DNA from: Anaerolineae bacterium
GTDB lineage: Bacteria > Chloroflexota > Anaerolineae > JAADDB01
DNA: 64,000 bases
Direction of reading: 5' to 3'
Assembly (NCBI GenBank): GCA_015486845.1
Contig: WFQU01000160.1
Coordinates: forward strand, 3,313-67,312
Both the position numbers and the translations under genes were made by a program. Under the pieces are notes generated by a model that saw only the letters and a list, made by a program, of their open reading frames with translations, did no database searches and was not told the DNA's origin. The stretch's first letter is position 1. Each line of letters opens with the position of its first letter. Positions 40,310 through 51,740 of this stretch are shown piece by piece.

Positions 40310-40882
40310 TTATTTTCTGATCACTATGAATAGTAACAAAAGTGCAGCCACGACGCCAACGTAAGTCACATCGGTGCCCAATAACACGTCCAAATGCGTC
40401 GATAGGGCATGAACAATAGATCGTGCAAAACCGCTCATCGTCTCCGGGAAAAAAAGCCTGGCCTGTTTCGTGTATGGATAATGGTAATAATCGAAATAAA
40501 ACCACACCACCGAGACCGTTAGAATGCCATTGACCGCCCCGACGGCAACATTCAAGAAAAAGCGATTGATACCTTTGGCTGTCGGCACACCGCCAGCCGA
40601 AATACCAAACCCGATGTAATTTCCCATCAAAGTAACCAGAAAGAAGGTCAAGAAAAACAATAGCTCTATTGCCTCTACGGTTTCGCTTTTCGCGTCCACC
40701 CGGAAATAAGGTGCCATCGTAGTACTCACAAAGTGATCCACCTTCTCAGTTAAGGCAAACATTATAAAAGCAGCGAGCAAGATGATAATAGTTGTCCCCA
40801 ATTCTCTATGATATCCCCTCGCTAAGGCAACTAAAACAAATACAAAAACCACCACGAACCACACTACTTCAATGGAACTCAT
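40310..40882 (-). CDS. CvpA-family membrane protein
   Basis: The N-terminus VWFVVVFVFVLVALARGYHRELGTTIIILLAAF aligns with CvpA (LVSLIRGFVREALSLVTW). 4-5 transmembrane helices. Confidence 0.55.
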   Translation of the reverse strand: MSSIEVVWFVVVFVFVLVALARGYHRELGTTIIILLAAFIMFALTEKVDHFVSTTMAPYFRVDAKSETVEAIELLFFLTFFLVTLMGNYIGFGISAGGVPTAKGINRFFLNVAVGAVNGILTVSVVWFYFDYYHYPYTKQARLFFPETMSGFARSIVHALSTHLDVLLGTDVTYVGVVAALLLLFIVIRK

Positions 40883-40887
40883 AATCC

Positions 40888-41544
40888 CTATCCTATTTCA
40901 CGCATGGCCCAAATAACAACAGCAACGCAGACAACGACTATCAAGTAAAATGGATCCAGCCCCAAAATGGATTGTGTTTTCGATAAGCCTTGCGCCAACA
41001 ACTGGCCGGCCTGATTATTCGCAGCGTCACTGACACCACCACTGATAACTTGGGGTGTCGGCAAGGCATGCGGCAACGCCGGCAGCAACCAAGAGCCCAA
41101 CAGATAGCCGTTCAACGCGCCTAAAAGAGCGCCGAAGCCGGGCAACTTCCTTTTGAATAACCCGCTTACCACATAAATCAACACAATTGTGGCCAATAAC
41201 AAGCCAAGCAAGACCGTCGTCGTCTCCGCATTATTCGCTGAGCCAGAGGCGACTGTCGCCTTATACACGTTCGATGCGTTGCCAAACACAGCAGATGCAC
41301 CTTTATGCCTATTGCGAAACAAGAGGGCTGCAAGCTGAAGGGTAAAACGGAACCAGTTAAACAAAGAAATTAAAATATGACCTTGATCCACCCTCAAAAA
41401 GATCAAGCCAACGAACACAACCAGTTCCCGGATAAAGCCACGGTGAATGCCCCACCAACCAAAGAGCAATAAGAAAAATAGTAACGTTATGGATGCTTGA
41501 ACATCTGGCGGTGCCCCGATTGTATTCATGCCGTCACTCCCCAC
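40888..41544 (-). CDS. CvpA-like membrane protein (second paralogue)
   Basis: WWGIHRGFIRELVVFVGLIF and multiple transmembrane helices. Confidence 0.45.
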   Translation of the reverse strand: MGSDGMNTIGAPPDVQASITLLFFLLLFGWWGIHRGFIRELVVFVGLIFLRVDQGHILISLFNWFRFTLQLAALLFRNRHKGASAVFGNASNVYKATVASGSANNAETTTVLLGLLLATIVLIYVVSGLFKRKLPGFGALLGALNGYLLGSWLLPALPHALPTPQVISGGVSDAANNQAGQLLAQGLSKTQSILGLDPFYLIVVVCVAVVIWAMREIG

Positions 41545-42625
41545 TCGATTCCACCACCAAAGCGGCTAACCGTTCGGCGGCATCCCAACGCGCCATGTCA
41601 TGTAAAACAGTCCGCATCTTCTGCCGGCGCTGGTCATCCTCTAAAAGAGCGTGCAACGTAGGCCACAAATCTCGTTGCAATTGTGCGTCCGGCACGATCA
41701 CCGCCCCGCCAGCTCGTTGCAAATACTCGGCGTTCAAGCGCTGATGTTGCCCGGCATAAGGATAGGGCACCAACACGGTGGGTAGTCCCGCAACAGGTAA
41801 TTCACCCAACACTGAAGCCCCGGCCCGGCTCACAGCCAAGTCCGCGGCATGCAAAGCCGCCGCCATCTCATCGTATAAATACGCGTAATGATGATAATCT
41901 TGCCGTAACGCGGACGGTAAATTTTCCGCCATCCGGGTCACCCAAGCACTATCCAAAGGGCCGCTCACATGAAGTACTTGCGCTAACGGCAGAATATTCG
42001 GTAAAGCAGTCACCAGCGCCCGGTTGATACTCCTGGCACCGCGACTACCACCGAACACCAACAACACTGGCTTCTCGGCCGCCAAACCTAAGGCCGCCCT
42101 TGCCTCCGCCCGCTGCCAATGGCTAAAATCCTCACGAACCGGATAACCGGTCACCACCGCTTTAGCCCCAAAATAGGAAGCTGCCTCCGGCAACGAAACA
42201 GCCACCTTTGTGGCCCAGCGTTGCAAGAACCGGATCGCCAGACCGGGACGCAAATCGGGTAAATAAATGAGCACCGACACGTTAAGCCGCCGCGCTGCCA
42301 GCGCCACTGGCACGGAAGCAAACCCTCCCGTGATAAGGCAAACCGTCGGCCGCCAGCGGCGCAACAAAGCCACTGATTGCCGATATCCACGCCACAAGTG
42401 ATACGAATTAGCGGCGGCCATCCAAGGCGCTTTGCCCAACAACTGCCCCGAGGCTACCGCGTCAAAAGGCAAGCCAGCACGCTGCACCAACTTCGCCTCA
42501 ATGCTGTCCGGCGAGCCGATATATAAGAATTCAGCGGCGGGCGTGCTTTTTTGCAAGCGGCCAATAACGGCGAAAAGGGGATAGACATGACCAGCAGTCC
42601 CTCCCCCAGAAAGCAGCACTCGCAT
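41534..42625 (-). CDS. murG: undecaprenyldiphospho-muramoylpentapeptide beta-N-acetylglucosaminyltransferase
   Basis: MRVLLSGGGTAGHVYP. C-terminal GT28 domain. Confidence 0.9.
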   Translation of the reverse strand: MRVLLSGGGTAGHVYPLFAVIGRLQKSTPAAEFLYIGSPDSIEAKLVQRAGLPFDAVASGQLLGKAPWMAAANSYHLWRGYRQSVALLRRWRPTVCLITGGFASVPVALAARRLNVSVLIYLPDLRPGLAIRFLQRWATKVAVSLPEAASYFGAKAVVTGYPVREDFSHWQRAEARAALGLAAEKPVLLVFGGSRGARSINRALVTALPNILPLAQVLHVSGPLDSAWVTRMAENLPSALRQDYHHYAYLYDEMAAALHAADLAVSRAGASVLGELPVAGLPTVLVPYPYAGQHQRLNAEYLQRAGGAVIVPDAQLQRDLWPTLHALLEDDQRRQKMRTVLHDMARWDAAERLAALVVESSGE

Positions 42626-43742
42626 GTTCTGTGACATTTCTTCCTCGATGCATGGAAACGCTCAACAAAAGTCCTGTTGCTGCTAAACAGCTTAACATAG
42701 AAGCACCGCCAAGACTAAAAAAGGGCAAGGTCATGCCGGTCGGAGGTAGCATAGCCACCATTACACCTAAATGAATAGCCGTTTGCCAACTCCACCACAG
42801 GCCAATCCCCGCTGCTAACAAAGACCCAAAAAGGTCTGGCGTCGTAACAACCAGATCAAACACCCGCCAAAAAAGCAAGAAATAGAGAGAGATCAAACCC
42901 AACAGGCCGAAAATACCGAATTGAATGACAACGGCCGCACCGGCAGCATCGCTTTTCAACAAGATGAACTCCGACGAACCCCGGCGCCCGGCGCCATGCC
43001 CCAGCCACGAATTGCTAATACTCGACAATAAGCCGTTGATCTGGGCATTCTGAACAGCAAATGGATGTTGCCACTCCTGCACATAAATATCTAAGCGATG
43101 AAAAACATGACTGGCCGTCAAATAAACCAACAGTAATCCCAATAAAAGGACTGGGATGAGATAAATCAAACCTCGCCTCAGGCTACCGCCAGCCAAAAGA
43201 AACATGAGAACAGCTACTGTGCCAATGAGTAACGATGTAGAAATATCCGGCTCCAAGACAATCAGGAAAAGCGAAAGGACGACCAAAACCATGTATGGCA
43301 ACAATCCCGTGTTCATCTCCTGAAGCTCTGTTTTACGGCTAGTCAACCAGGCCGCAAAGTAAATGATCAACCCCAATTTGGCCAATTCCGAAGCCTGAAT
43401 GCTATTACCGTGCAAGTAACGATGAGATTGATTGACCGCCGGCTGCAAGAAAACAGCACCTAACAAAAGCAGAGAAAAGAGAAGAATCGGCACGGCCCAT
43501 CGTTTCCAATAATGATAATCCACCAACGCCAAAACAACCATCAAGACCAAGCCCAAGATGACGGCACGCGCTTGCTGTCGCACGGATTCCAAAGGGGAAG
43601 CACCCTGCTGAATCAAATTTCCGTACGTCGAGCTGTAAAGGAATATCAACCCCATCGACACCAGCACTAAAACGGTGACGAGTAAAAAGACATCCAATCC
43701 CCACAGGTTGAAAACAAATGGATTGCGAGATGATTGCCGCAT
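42531..43742 (-). CDS. ftsW: SEDS-family peptidoglycan polymerase FtsW
   Basis: 10 transmembrane helices and a SEDS motif region. The 3' end overlaps the murG start by about 95 bp. Confidence 0.8.
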   Translation of the reverse strand: MRQSSRNPFVFNLWGLDVFLLVTVLVLVSMGLIFLYSSTYGNLIQQGASPLESVRQQARAVILGLVLMVVLALVDYHYWKRWAVPILLFSLLLLGAVFLQPAVNQSHRYLHGNSIQASELAKLGLIIYFAAWLTSRKTELQEMNTGLLPYMVLVVLSLFLIVLEPDISTSLLIGTVAVLMFLLAGGSLRRGLIYLIPVLLLGLLLVYLTASHVFHRLDIYVQEWQHPFAVQNAQINGLLSSISNSWLGHGAGRRGSSEFILLKSDAAGAAVVIQFGIFGLLGLISLYFLLFWRVFDLVVTTPDLFGSLLAAGIGLWWSWQTAIHLGVMVAMLPPTGMTLPFFSLGGASMLSCLAATGLLLSVSMHRGRNVTEHASAAFWGRDCWSCLSPFRRYWPLAKKHARR

Positions 43743-43769
43743 CGAACTGTCTCTTTCATTCTCTCTGTA

Positions 43770-45155
43770 TCAGAGCATGTCCACCAATTGCCGAAAGTGT
43801 TCTCCCCGAGCCACGAAATCTTTGTAAGTATCGTAACTGGTACCGCCCGGCGAAAGCAACACAACATCCCCAGCCCGGCTGACCGCGTCGGCAGCGGCCA
43901 CAGCCGCCGGCAAATCGTCCACCAGGCGCACGCTTGCTAACATTTCGCCAGGCTGAGCCGGCTGCTCAGCAACTTTACGAGCGATCATGGGCGCCGCTTC
44001 ACCAAAAAGCAATAAATGGCGCACTCGTTGGTGTACCAACCGAGCAAATTCATCCCAAGGCAGTTTCTTGTCCCGCCCGCCGGCCAGCAAAATAAGCGGT
44101 TCGTCAAAAGAACGCAGTGCCGCCACAGCGCGTTCCGGTGCCGTAGCGATGGAATCATTCACCCAGATCACGCCTTGGCGCCGGCGAATCACTTCCAGGC
44201 GATGCGCCACGCCTGTAAACGTCGTAGCCACTTTCTGCACGCCGGCCACCGACCCGCCGGCAGCCAACGCCAAAACGGACGCTGCCAGCATGTTCAGCAC
44301 GTTATGCTCGCCACGTAAACGAATCACCGAGCGAGGGAACAACGGCACGACATCAGAATGCCGACGATAAACCAGCCTGTCACCGGCTAACCACGCGCCG
44401 GCCGGCACTTCTTCCCGTAGGCTGAACGCCAATCGCTCCACACCGGCGGGTAATTGATCATACCAGCGCCGTGTCCAATCGTTGTCCCAGCCCAGCAAAG
44501 CCAAATCGCCCGGTCCCTGATAGCGCCAAAGGTTCTGTTTCGCTGCTGCGTAAGCAGCCATGGACGGATGACGATCCAAATGGTTCGGCGTCACGTTCAG
44601 AACAGCTGCCGCCCACGGACTTTGGCGCCACAATTCCAGTTGAAAACTGGAAAGTTCCAACACGACGCGGTCATCCGGCGCGATTTCCGCTAAACGATCA
44701 ATAAGCGGCGTGCCGATATTACCTCCGACATGCGTGCGTAACCCGGCAGCCACCAGCATTTTACCCACCAACGTCGTCGTTGTAGTTTTGCCACTGGAAC
44801 CGGTAATGCCGATCAGGGGCGCCGGGGAAAACTGCAAGGTCAACAAAGAATCGTTGCTTAATGCAATGCCCCGCGCCTGGGCCTCCCGCACAATAGGAAT
44901 CGTCGGCGGCACGCCTCCACTCAAACAGAGCAAGTCCACGCCATTCAGTAGCGATAATGGGTGTCCGCCCAAAGCAAAACGCACGTTGCTATACCCTTGC
45001 AACGCCGCCATTTCAGATTGCAACTCGGCAGCCGGCCGGCGGTCGCTCAACACAACTGAACTGCCCGCTGCTGCAAAGAAATGGGCCAAAGCGATACCTT
45101 GGCGCGCCAGGCCCAAGATTAGCACCTTGGCGCCGGAAAATCGTTGTCCTATCAT
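43770..45155 (-). CDS. murD: UDP-N-acetylmuramoylalanine--D-glutamate ligase
   Basis: [17 protein letters not shown]...[12 protein letters not shown]. Confidence 0.9.
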   Translation of the reverse strand: MIGQRFSGAKVLILGLARQGIALAHFFAAAGSSVVLSDRRPAAELQSEMAALQGYSNVRFALGGHPLSLLNGVDLLCLSGGVPPTIPIVREAQARGIALSNDSLLTLQFSPAPLIGITGSSGKTTTTTLVGKMLVAAGLRTHVGGNIGTPLIDRLAEIAPDDRVVLELSSFQLELWRQSPWAAAVLNVTPNHLDRHPSMAAYAAAKQNLWRYQGPGDLALLGWDNDWTRRWYDQLPAGVERLAFSLREEVPAGAWLAGDRLVYRRHSDVVPLFPRSVIRLRGEHNVLNMLAASVLALAAGGSVAGVQKVATTFTGVAHRLEVIRRRQGVIWVNDSIATAPERAVAALRSFDEPLILLAGGRDKKLPWDEFARLVHQRVRHLLLFGEAAPMIARKVAEQPAQPGEMLASVRLVDDLPAAVAAADAVSRAGDVVLLSPGGTSYDTYKDFVARGEHFRQLVDML

Positions 45156-45156
45156 C

Positions 45157-46200
45157 TTAGATCAACGCCAGTGCGATGCCTAACATCGCGCTAAGAATGC
45201 CGATCAGCCAAAAACGCTGGGTTACTTGCGTTTCAGACCAGCCCAACAGTTCGAAATGGTGATGCAACGGGCTCATGCGGAAGAGACGGCGCCCTTCACC
45301 ATACAGCCGGCGCGTCAGTTTGAACCACCCCACTTGCAAAATGACTGAGAGCGCTTCCGCCACAAAAATAGCCCCAACCACCGGTAAAAGGAGCCATTGT
45401 CCGGTGAGGAGCGCCACAACGCCCAAAGTGGCCCCTAAAGATTGCGAGCCAGTATCTCCCATAAAGAGATCGGCCGGATAAGCATTGTACCAAAGAAATG
45501 CCATCACAGCGCCCACAACAGTGAAACAGAAAGCCACCAACCAAACTTGTCCTTGTAAATAAGCAATCACGCCATAGGCGGTAAAAGCAATGGCAGCGTT
45601 ACTGCCGGCTAATCCGTCCAGCCCATCCGTGAGATTAACAGCATTGGACGTGCCCAAGATTATAAAAATAGCAACCGGCAGATAGAAAATGCCAATATTA
45701 AATTTGGACGGGATCCCCGGCACAGCCAAACTATGTAAATTTGCCATCCAGTAAAGAGCACCTGCCGCCACAAATGCGATAACACACTGCAAAGCAAATT
45801 TCGTGCGGGGAGAAAGTCCCTCTCCTCGGGAAGCATTTTTTCCCAAAATACCTTCCCAATCGTCCAACATGCCCAAAATGCCAAAGCCAACCATAACAAA
45901 AAGCGGCACTAAAACGGATTGACCAATATATGTGTGGCCCAAAAAATTAGCAATATTCAGAATGATCGTTATCAAGAGTACAGGAATGATGATCATCAAA
46001 CCACCCATCGTCGGCGTGCCCATTTTAACTTGATGCGCTTTGGGGCCGTCAATGCGGATGCGCTTACCCAAATGTGCCCGACGCAAATATTTAATCAACG
46101 GCGTCCCCCACCCCACCGCTAACAAAAAAGCAACCGTTCCCAACGTCAATGAGTAAGACACAGGCTCAATACGCCTCCACCCCGGACAGATCATCGACAA
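45157..46200 (-). CDS. mraY: phospho-N-acetylmuramoyl-pentapeptide transferase
   Basis: [17 protein letters not shown]...[13 protein letters not shown]. Confidence 0.9.
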   Translation of the reverse strand: MSMICPGWRRIEPVSYSLTLGTVAFLLAVGWGTPLIKYLRRAHLGKRIRIDGPKAHQVKMGTPTMGGLMIIIPVLLITIILNIANFLGHTYIGQSVLVPLFVMVGFGILGMLDDWEGILGKNASRGEGLSPRTKFALQCVIAFVAAGALYWMANLHSLAVPGIPSKFNIGIFYLPVAIFIILGTSNAVNLTDGLDGLAGSNAAIAFTAYGVIAYLQGQVWLVAFCFTVVGAVMAFLWYNAYPADLFMGDTGSQSLGATLGVVALLTGQWLLLPVVGAIFVAEALSVILQVGWFKLTRRLYGEGRRLFRMSPLHHHFELLGWSETQVTQRFWLIGILSAMLGIALALI

Positions 46201-47593
46201 CTCGCTCTAAGGCCATAGCCCGAGAGCCTTTCACCAAAAGCACATCCCCCGGCCGCAACCGTTCTCGCAAGAATTCGCTTGCCTCCATCGCTGCATTCAG
46301 GAGCACAACTCGGTCCTCAGGCATGCCCTGTGCCATCGCTTCTTCAGCAATCCATCGCGCCCGCTGACCAACCGCTACCAATAATTGTGTAACAGCCGCC
46401 GCCCTGGCACCCACTAAACGATGTCCTTTTTCCTCATAATCGCCCAATTCTAACATGTCTCCCAAAACAGCAATATGCCGGCCATCCAGCTCGGCCAGCA
46501 AGTTCAGCGCCGCCAGCACCGAAGCGGGACTCGCGTTGTACGTGTCGTCTATGATAGTGCTGCCGCCGATACCCGGCACTGCGACTAAACGCAATTGCGC
46601 CGTTGTATCCTGCAATCCGGCCGCAATCTCGCCCCAATCCAAGCCATAGGATAACCCCACCGCTGCCGAGCGCAGCGCCGTATGCACGCTGTGCTGTCCC
46701 AACAGAGGAATCCGTACCGGAATAACCTCGTCCTGGTAATGAAATGTAAAACGAATGCCTTCCAAGCCAGCGCTTGCGATTTCATCCGCCCACAAATCAT
46801 TCTCCGCCGCCAAACCATAAGTCATTACCGGCGCAGCACTTTGGGCCGCCATTGCCGCCACCAAAGGGTCATCCCCGTTCAAAATGGCTAAGCCATTAGC
46901 AGGCAAAGCGCGCACCAATTCCGCTTTGGCCGCTGCAATCCGATCTAAACTCCCCATCCGCTCTAAATGTGTGGGGCCGACATTGGTTACAATCCCAACC
47001 TGGGGTGAAGCCATGGCGGCAAGCGAAGTAATCTCGCCGGGGCCATAAGTCCCCATCTCTAAAACCGCCACCTGGTGTTCCTCCGCCAGTTGCAGCAACG
47101 TCAGAGGCAGGCCAATCTCGTTATTGTAGTTTTGCTCGCTTTTCAACACCCGAAAGCGTTGACGCAGAACAGCCGCCGTCAATTCCTTCGTGGTCGTCTT
47201 GCCAACACTACCAGTAATTGCCACAACGCGCAGTTCGAATTGGCGTCGCCAAAATGCTGCTAATTTCTGCAAAGCAGCTAAGCTGTCTTCCACTAAGAAG
47301 ATATACGGTCGCGCCAAAGCGCCAATAGGTAATGGTTTGTCCAACTGTAAACGGGAGCCAGGCAGTTCCGGCAGGTCCGCATAGGTCAGAATGGTCGTGG
47401 CACCGTGCCGGCGAGCATCTTCCATAAAAAGATAGCCCTCAGTCCGCGTCCCCGGCAAAGCCACGAACATACCCCCCGGCTCCACTTGCCGGGAATCGAC
47501 GGCAAAAGAGGACAACGGTTGCGGGTTCAGCCGTTCGCTGCCCACAATCTCACCCCCTAAAGCCAACCAGATTTGTCGTGCACTCGGTGGCAC
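46166..47593 (-). CDS. murF: UDP-MurNAc-tripeptide--D-alanyl-D-alanine ligase
   Basis: ITGSVGKTTTKE...DTYNASPASV. It is not MurE, because it lacks the MurE N-terminal and DNPR features. Confidence 0.85.
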   Translation of the reverse strand: MPPSARQIWLALGGEIVGSERLNPQPLSSFAVDSRQVEPGGMFVALPGTRTEGYLFMEDARRHGATTILTYADLPELPGSRLQLDKPLPIGALARPYIFLVEDSLAALQKLAAFWRRQFELRVVAITGSVGKTTTKELTAAVLRQRFRVLKSEQNYNNEIGLPLTLLQLAEEHQVAVLEMGTYGPGEITSLAAMASPQVGIVTNVGPTHLERMGSLDRIAAAKAELVRALPANGLAILNGDDPLVAAMAAQSAAPVMTYGLAAENDLWADEIASAGLEGIRFTFHYQDEVIPVRIPLLGQHSVHTALRSAAVGLSYGLDWGEIAAGLQDTTAQLRLVAVPGIGGSTIIDDTYNASPASVLAALNLLAELDGRHIAVLGDMLELGDYEEKGHRLVGARAAAVTQLLVAVGQRARWIAEEAMAQGMPEDRVVLLNAAMEASEFLRERLRPGDVLLVKGSRAMALERVVDDLSGVEAY

Positions 47594-47693
47594 TTTCCAC
47601 CCCTTTCAACCTTTTATAAGACAGCACACCAACCAGTCAAAGTTCCCCAACGCGGACCCGTGAGGCCCTTTCCCCCTACCCATGTAGATACTG

Positions 47694-49610
47694 TTATTGT
47701 GCCTTCGATGGAGGCACATTCAAAATCGTTGTCAATCGCTTTGCTGCCTCCATAAAAGTTGGCAGGGCCGAATTGTAAGCCCAAAATCCCTTTGCAGGTT
47801 GATGCAATTTCACCAAAATCACGAGTTGCGGATTATCAGCCGGTAAGTAGCCAATAAAAGTAACGTCAGGCAATCGCTGATTGTACCCTTTCCCGATCTG
47901 GGCGATCTCGGCCGTGCCTGTCTTGCCAGCCACACGGTACCCGGGCACGGGATTGTCACCGGCCCACCGGTGTACGACACCCTCTAACATAGTCGTTACC
48001 TGGTGCGCCGTCTCAGGACGAATCACGCGGCGTCGTTCTTTTGGTAAAACCTGATACCATTTGCCATCTTGCACAAATGCCAGCACAGCGTGCGGCCTCA
48101 TCAACACGCCATTATTGGCCAAGGCACCGTAAGCGGCCACAAGCTGCACCGGCGTTGCTTGTAAAGCCTGTCCAAACGATTGGGCAGCCAAATCTGAATT
48201 ACTCCAGATAGGATTGCCCGGCTGGCGCACCATCCCGGGATTATCCGGGCCGAAATCTTCACCGGTAGGAGCGTCAAAGCCAAAATCCAACACATATTTG
48301 TAAAACCGCTGGGGCCCCAACGCGATGGCCATTTGCACCATATCCACGTTGAGTGATTCAGCTAATACTTTAGCTACGGTGACATCACCATAAGCTTTAC
48401 GCTCCGCATTACGAAAAGTATGCCCGCCATAAGTAATGCTGCCGCTATCATGGTAGATAGTATCCGGCGTCACGCCCAATGATTCCATCGCCGCCGCAAC
48501 CACGAATGGCTTGAAAACAGAGCCCGGTTCATAAGGGTAGAGCGCTAACTCTCGAAAAACTAATTGATCCGTGTTTCCAGTATGATTCGGATCGAACGTC
48601 GGCCAGTTAGCATAAGAAATGATCTCACCGTTGCGCGGATCCATGGCCAGGATAAGGCCGCTATCGCTATGGTAACGCTTAATGGCCTGCCGCAACACAT
48701 CTTCCGTGGCCAATTGCGCATCACGACGCACTGTCAAGACCAAGTCATGCCCACATTGCGATGGCAAATAAGGCATCAACGCTTTGGGAACGAAAGGCTT
48801 AACCGCCACATTCCGACCTTGAAAATCTCTTTCGCCCCGCAAGTACTGCTGATAATAATATAGTACCCCCAGTGCGCCAGCCCATTCCTTTTTTTTAGAA
48901 TTGTAATATGAAAAGCCCAACAAATGGGCCGCCAAGGACTTCTCTGGATAAAAGAAATAAGGATCCTTTTTTACCGTCACGCCACGCACGGCAAATAGGA
49001 CTGGATTCCATTCCCCCTCGATTTTCTTTGCTTCCCCCTCGGAAATGCCCGCACAATGATACGAAGCCAGGTCCATTGCCTCAGGCAACGAAAAGCCCGC
49101 TGCGAAATCCTTTTGTCGCGCTCGCAAAGCTTGTAAGAGACAAATGCGGTTGGGCGGAGAATTGGCAGTAACCACCCGGGTGTAAGACGTGTCGCTACCA
49201 TACTTTTGTTGGAAGGACTTGTAACCCTGATCCAGCTCCGAACGGGCAGGAAAATCATTTTCCGGCCATAACGCGGTAATAGCTTGCCACGTTTTTTCCT
49301 CAAGCTGATTTCGTTTGACAACATCTTCCTGAGATTCGTTGCGCCTGATCCAAGAACGCGCCACCCCCCAGTCGTATAAGACCTTGAACCGAAAATTAGG
49401 GATCGCCAACGCGGATTGTTGGCGATCCACAATAATGCCGAAGCCATCACAAGCTGGTGCCTGGTACGAATCGCTTAGGGCCGCCTTTTCGTGGGAAGCC
49501 ATGACCAACAAGCGGAGGTAAAAGAAAATAGAGAGGAAAATAACCCCCACCGGCAACATCAACAAACAATAGCGGCAACCGAAAAAAGGATGCCTACCCC
49601 CTCGCACCAT
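47694..49610 (-). CDS. ftsI: class B penicillin-binding protein (FtsI/PBP2-like transpeptidase)
   Basis: PBP dimerisation domain plus transpeptidase domain (SVFKP, SxN, KTG). Confidence 0.85.
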   Translation of the reverse strand: MVRGGRHPFFGCRYCLLMLPVGVIFLSIFFYLRLLVMASHEKAALSDSYQAPACDGFGIIVDRQQSALAIPNFRFKVLYDWGVARSWIRRNESQEDVVKRNQLEEKTWQAITALWPENDFPARSELDQGYKSFQQKYGSDTSYTRVVTANSPPNRICLLQALRARQKDFAAGFSLPEAMDLASYHCAGISEGEAKKIEGEWNPVLFAVRGVTVKKDPYFFYPEKSLAAHLLGFSYYNSKKKEWAGALGVLYYYQQYLRGERDFQGRNVAVKPFVPKALMPYLPSQCGHDLVLTVRRDAQLATEDVLRQAIKRYHSDSGLILAMDPRNGEIISYANWPTFDPNHTGNTDQLVFRELALYPYEPGSVFKPFVVAAAMESLGVTPDTIYHDSGSITYGGHTFRNAERKAYGDVTVAKVLAESLNVDMVQMAIALGPQRFYKYVLDFGFDAPTGEDFGPDNPGMVRQPGNPIWSNSDLAAQSFGQALQATPVQLVAAYGALANNGVLMRPHAVLAFVQDGKWYQVLPKERRRVIRPETAHQVTTMLEGVVHRWAGDNPVPGYRVAGKTGTAEIAQIGKGYNQRLPDVTFIGYLPADNPQLVILVKLHQPAKGFWAYNSALPTFMEAAKRLTTILNVPPSKAQ

Positions 49611-49628
49611 ATCCCCCTCTCAACAATG

Positions 49629-50153
49629 TCATGGAGTTGTACGCAGAGCATGTGCGAAACCCGGAACGAGCCATGACGTCCAACTCTTCCAAGCTGTATC
49701 GTTGGGAATCGCCCCACCACGAGCGAAAGAAGTCATTTGTTCAGGCTGGGGATATGCTATGGTCGAAACCTGCTGTTCGTTCACTAACGTCAAGTGGTAA
49801 AGCTTAGCTATCTGTTCCAGCCGTTCAGTACTGTATAAATGCGCTACATGGTCTTGCAAAACAGGTAGATCCTGTTGCTGCAAACGCAGGCGTTTGGTAT
49901 GTAAAGTTGTATATTGCTTTTGCAACACGCGTACTGTCGTCTGCTGCTGCAAAGCTATCGCGAAAAATAACATGGTGGCCAAAACCAACAGGAAACTAGC
50001 CATAAACCACCCTAATAACGACCGGTAACGCTGTATGACATCGAACCGTTGCCAAAAGGGCGCATTATCATGTAACGGCATTGCTAATGATTTCACAGCC
50101 ATCAAGCCACCTCCGCCCGGCAATTCCAGTCTGAGTGTAGTATTATTCTCCAT
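49629..50153 (-). CDS. ftsL: FtsL-like cell division protein
   Basis: Short cytoplasmic N-terminus, one transmembrane helix, then a coiled-coil (QQQTTVRVLQKQYTTLHTKRLRLQQQ). Start at MENNTT, with a GAAGGAGAGG ribosome-binding site. Confidence 0.6.
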   Translation of the reverse strand: MENNTTLRLELPGGGGLMAVKSLAMPLHDNAPFWQRFDVIQRYRSLLGWFMASFLLVLATMLFFAIALQQQTTVRVLQKQYTTLHTKRLRLQQQDLPVLQDHVAHLYSTERLEQIAKLYHLTLVNEQQVSTIAYPQPEQMTSFARGGAIPNDTAWKSWTSWLVPGFAHALRTTP

Positions 50154-50284
50154 AATTGAACCTCTCCTTCTTGCGATGTAAGATTGTAATGTCATATCCA
50201 AAAGAGTAAATCGGCCAACATCTATAACTAAAAACAAGATTCCCGCCCCTAAAAACCGGGCGAAGCCACTGTTTCTTGATCGTA

Positions 50285-51217
50285 TTAAAGCCGTTCGGAA
50301 ACTCTAAGCTTGGCGCTGCGACTACGTGGGTTCAGGGCGATTTCCGCTGCCTTTGCGATAATCGGTTTCTTGGTCAGAATACGCAATCGCATCGGCGTGT
50401 TCATGGCCAAATTATCGTCCTGCCCCGCCTCCCGGCGGAAAAACCATTTCACAATACGATCCTCCAAGGAGTGAAACGAGATGACTACTAACCGCCCGCC
50501 TGGCTTCAATAAATCTACAGCCTGCGGTAAAACGGCCTCCAGCGCACCCAATTCGTCATTCACGGCAATGCGCAGCGCTTGAAAAGTACGCGTTGCCGGA
50601 TGAATGCGCTGCTTCGGCGAACGCCCCACAGCCTTGAGCACGACTTGCGCCAATTCGTCCGCCCGGTGTAATGGGCGATTCTGCACAATAGCTTTCGCAA
50701 TACGCCGGGAACGCCGTTCTTCACCATAGCGATAAATCAGATCAGCCAGCTCTTTTTCCGGCAAATTGTTCACCAAATCAGCGGCACTGACCGGCTGCGT
50801 CGGATCAAAACGCATATCCAGTAAAGCATCCCCTTGAAACGAAAACCCCCGCCTGGCAGAAAGCTGAAAAGAAGAAAGCCCCAAATCTAACAAGATGCCA
50901 TCGACCTTGCTAATGTCAACCTTTTCAGCAACAGCGGCCAAATAGCGAAAATTGCTATGCACTAAAACAGCCCGATTCCCAAAAGAACGTAACCGTCCTG
51001 AAACCCAGGCTATGGCAGCCGGATCAGCATCTAATCCCAACAAACGACCAGTCGGTGACGATGCCGATAATATCGCCTCAGCGTGCCCGCCGCCGCCCAA
51101 AGTTCCGTCGATATAAACGCCGCGATCCTTTGGCTCCAACCAAGCCAAAACCTCGTTCGCCAAAACAGGAACATGTATTTCAGACTCGACCACCAGCCCC
51201 TCCAGGCTAAAAACCAC
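50285..51217 (-). CDS. rsmH: 16S rRNA (cytosine1402-N4)-methyltransferase
   Basis: HVPVL...[14 protein letters not shown]...DLGLSS. Confidence 0.9.
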   Translation of the reverse strand: MVFSLEGLVVESEIHVPVLANEVLAWLEPKDRGVYIDGTLGGGGHAEAILSASSPTGRLLGLDADPAAIAWVSGRLRSFGNRAVLVHSNFRYLAAVAEKVDISKVDGILLDLGLSSFQLSARRGFSFQGDALLDMRFDPTQPVSAADLVNNLPEKELADLIYRYGEERRSRRIAKAIVQNRPLHRADELAQVVLKAVGRSPKQRIHPATRTFQALRIAVNDELGALEAVLPQAVDLLKPGGRLVVISFHSLEDRIVKWFFRREAGQDDNLAMNTPMRLRILTKKPIIAKAAEIALNPRSRSAKLRVSERL

Positions 51218-51270
51218 GTATCAACCCGCGTCATCCATCCAACATCCGCTAACCACAAAATAGCCCGGCC

Positions 51271-51696
51271 TCAAATCCCTAACGAGGACCAATCAGGAGC
51301 AGGCAAATCGTCATCATCCGTACCTTCTACTTGCCGCAATATTTCTGGCGCCCATAATTCAATGTACGTAGAAAGGCCTAAGCCAACGACCTCCTTTTCG
51401 ATGTGAGCAAAACGCCGCAATTCTTGTGGAATCATAATTCTGCTGTGCGTATCTAACATTTGGGCGGAAGCGTTCCCAAAAAACGTCCGGCGCATACTGC
51501 GGGCTTCCGCCGAAGTCAGAATCGGCAATTGATCCATCTTAGTCTGCAGTGCGTCCCACGCCTTCTTGGGAAAAAGAAAAAGGCAGCGATCCGCTCCTTT
51601 CGTCATAACCAAGCCGTCCTCTAAAAAAGGTCGGAAACGAGATGGCAAAGCCAAACGCCCTTTGGTATCTACGGAATGCGTAAACCGACCTAACAC
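51271..51696 (-). CDS. mraZ: transcriptional regulator MraZ
   Basis: Two SpoVT/AbrB-like halves: MLGRFTHSVDTKGRLALP and MLDTHSRIMIPQELR. Confidence 0.9.
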   Translation of the reverse strand: MLGRFTHSVDTKGRLALPSRFRPFLEDGLVMTKGADRCLFLFPKKAWDALQTKMDQLPILTSAEARSMRRTFFGNASAQMLDTHSRIMIPQELRRFAHIEKEVVGLGLSTYIELWAPEILRQVEGTDDDDLPAPDWSSLGI

Positions 51697-51740
51697 ATCG
51701 CACCACCTTCTCCTCGAACGGCAACGAAGAAAATATCACT

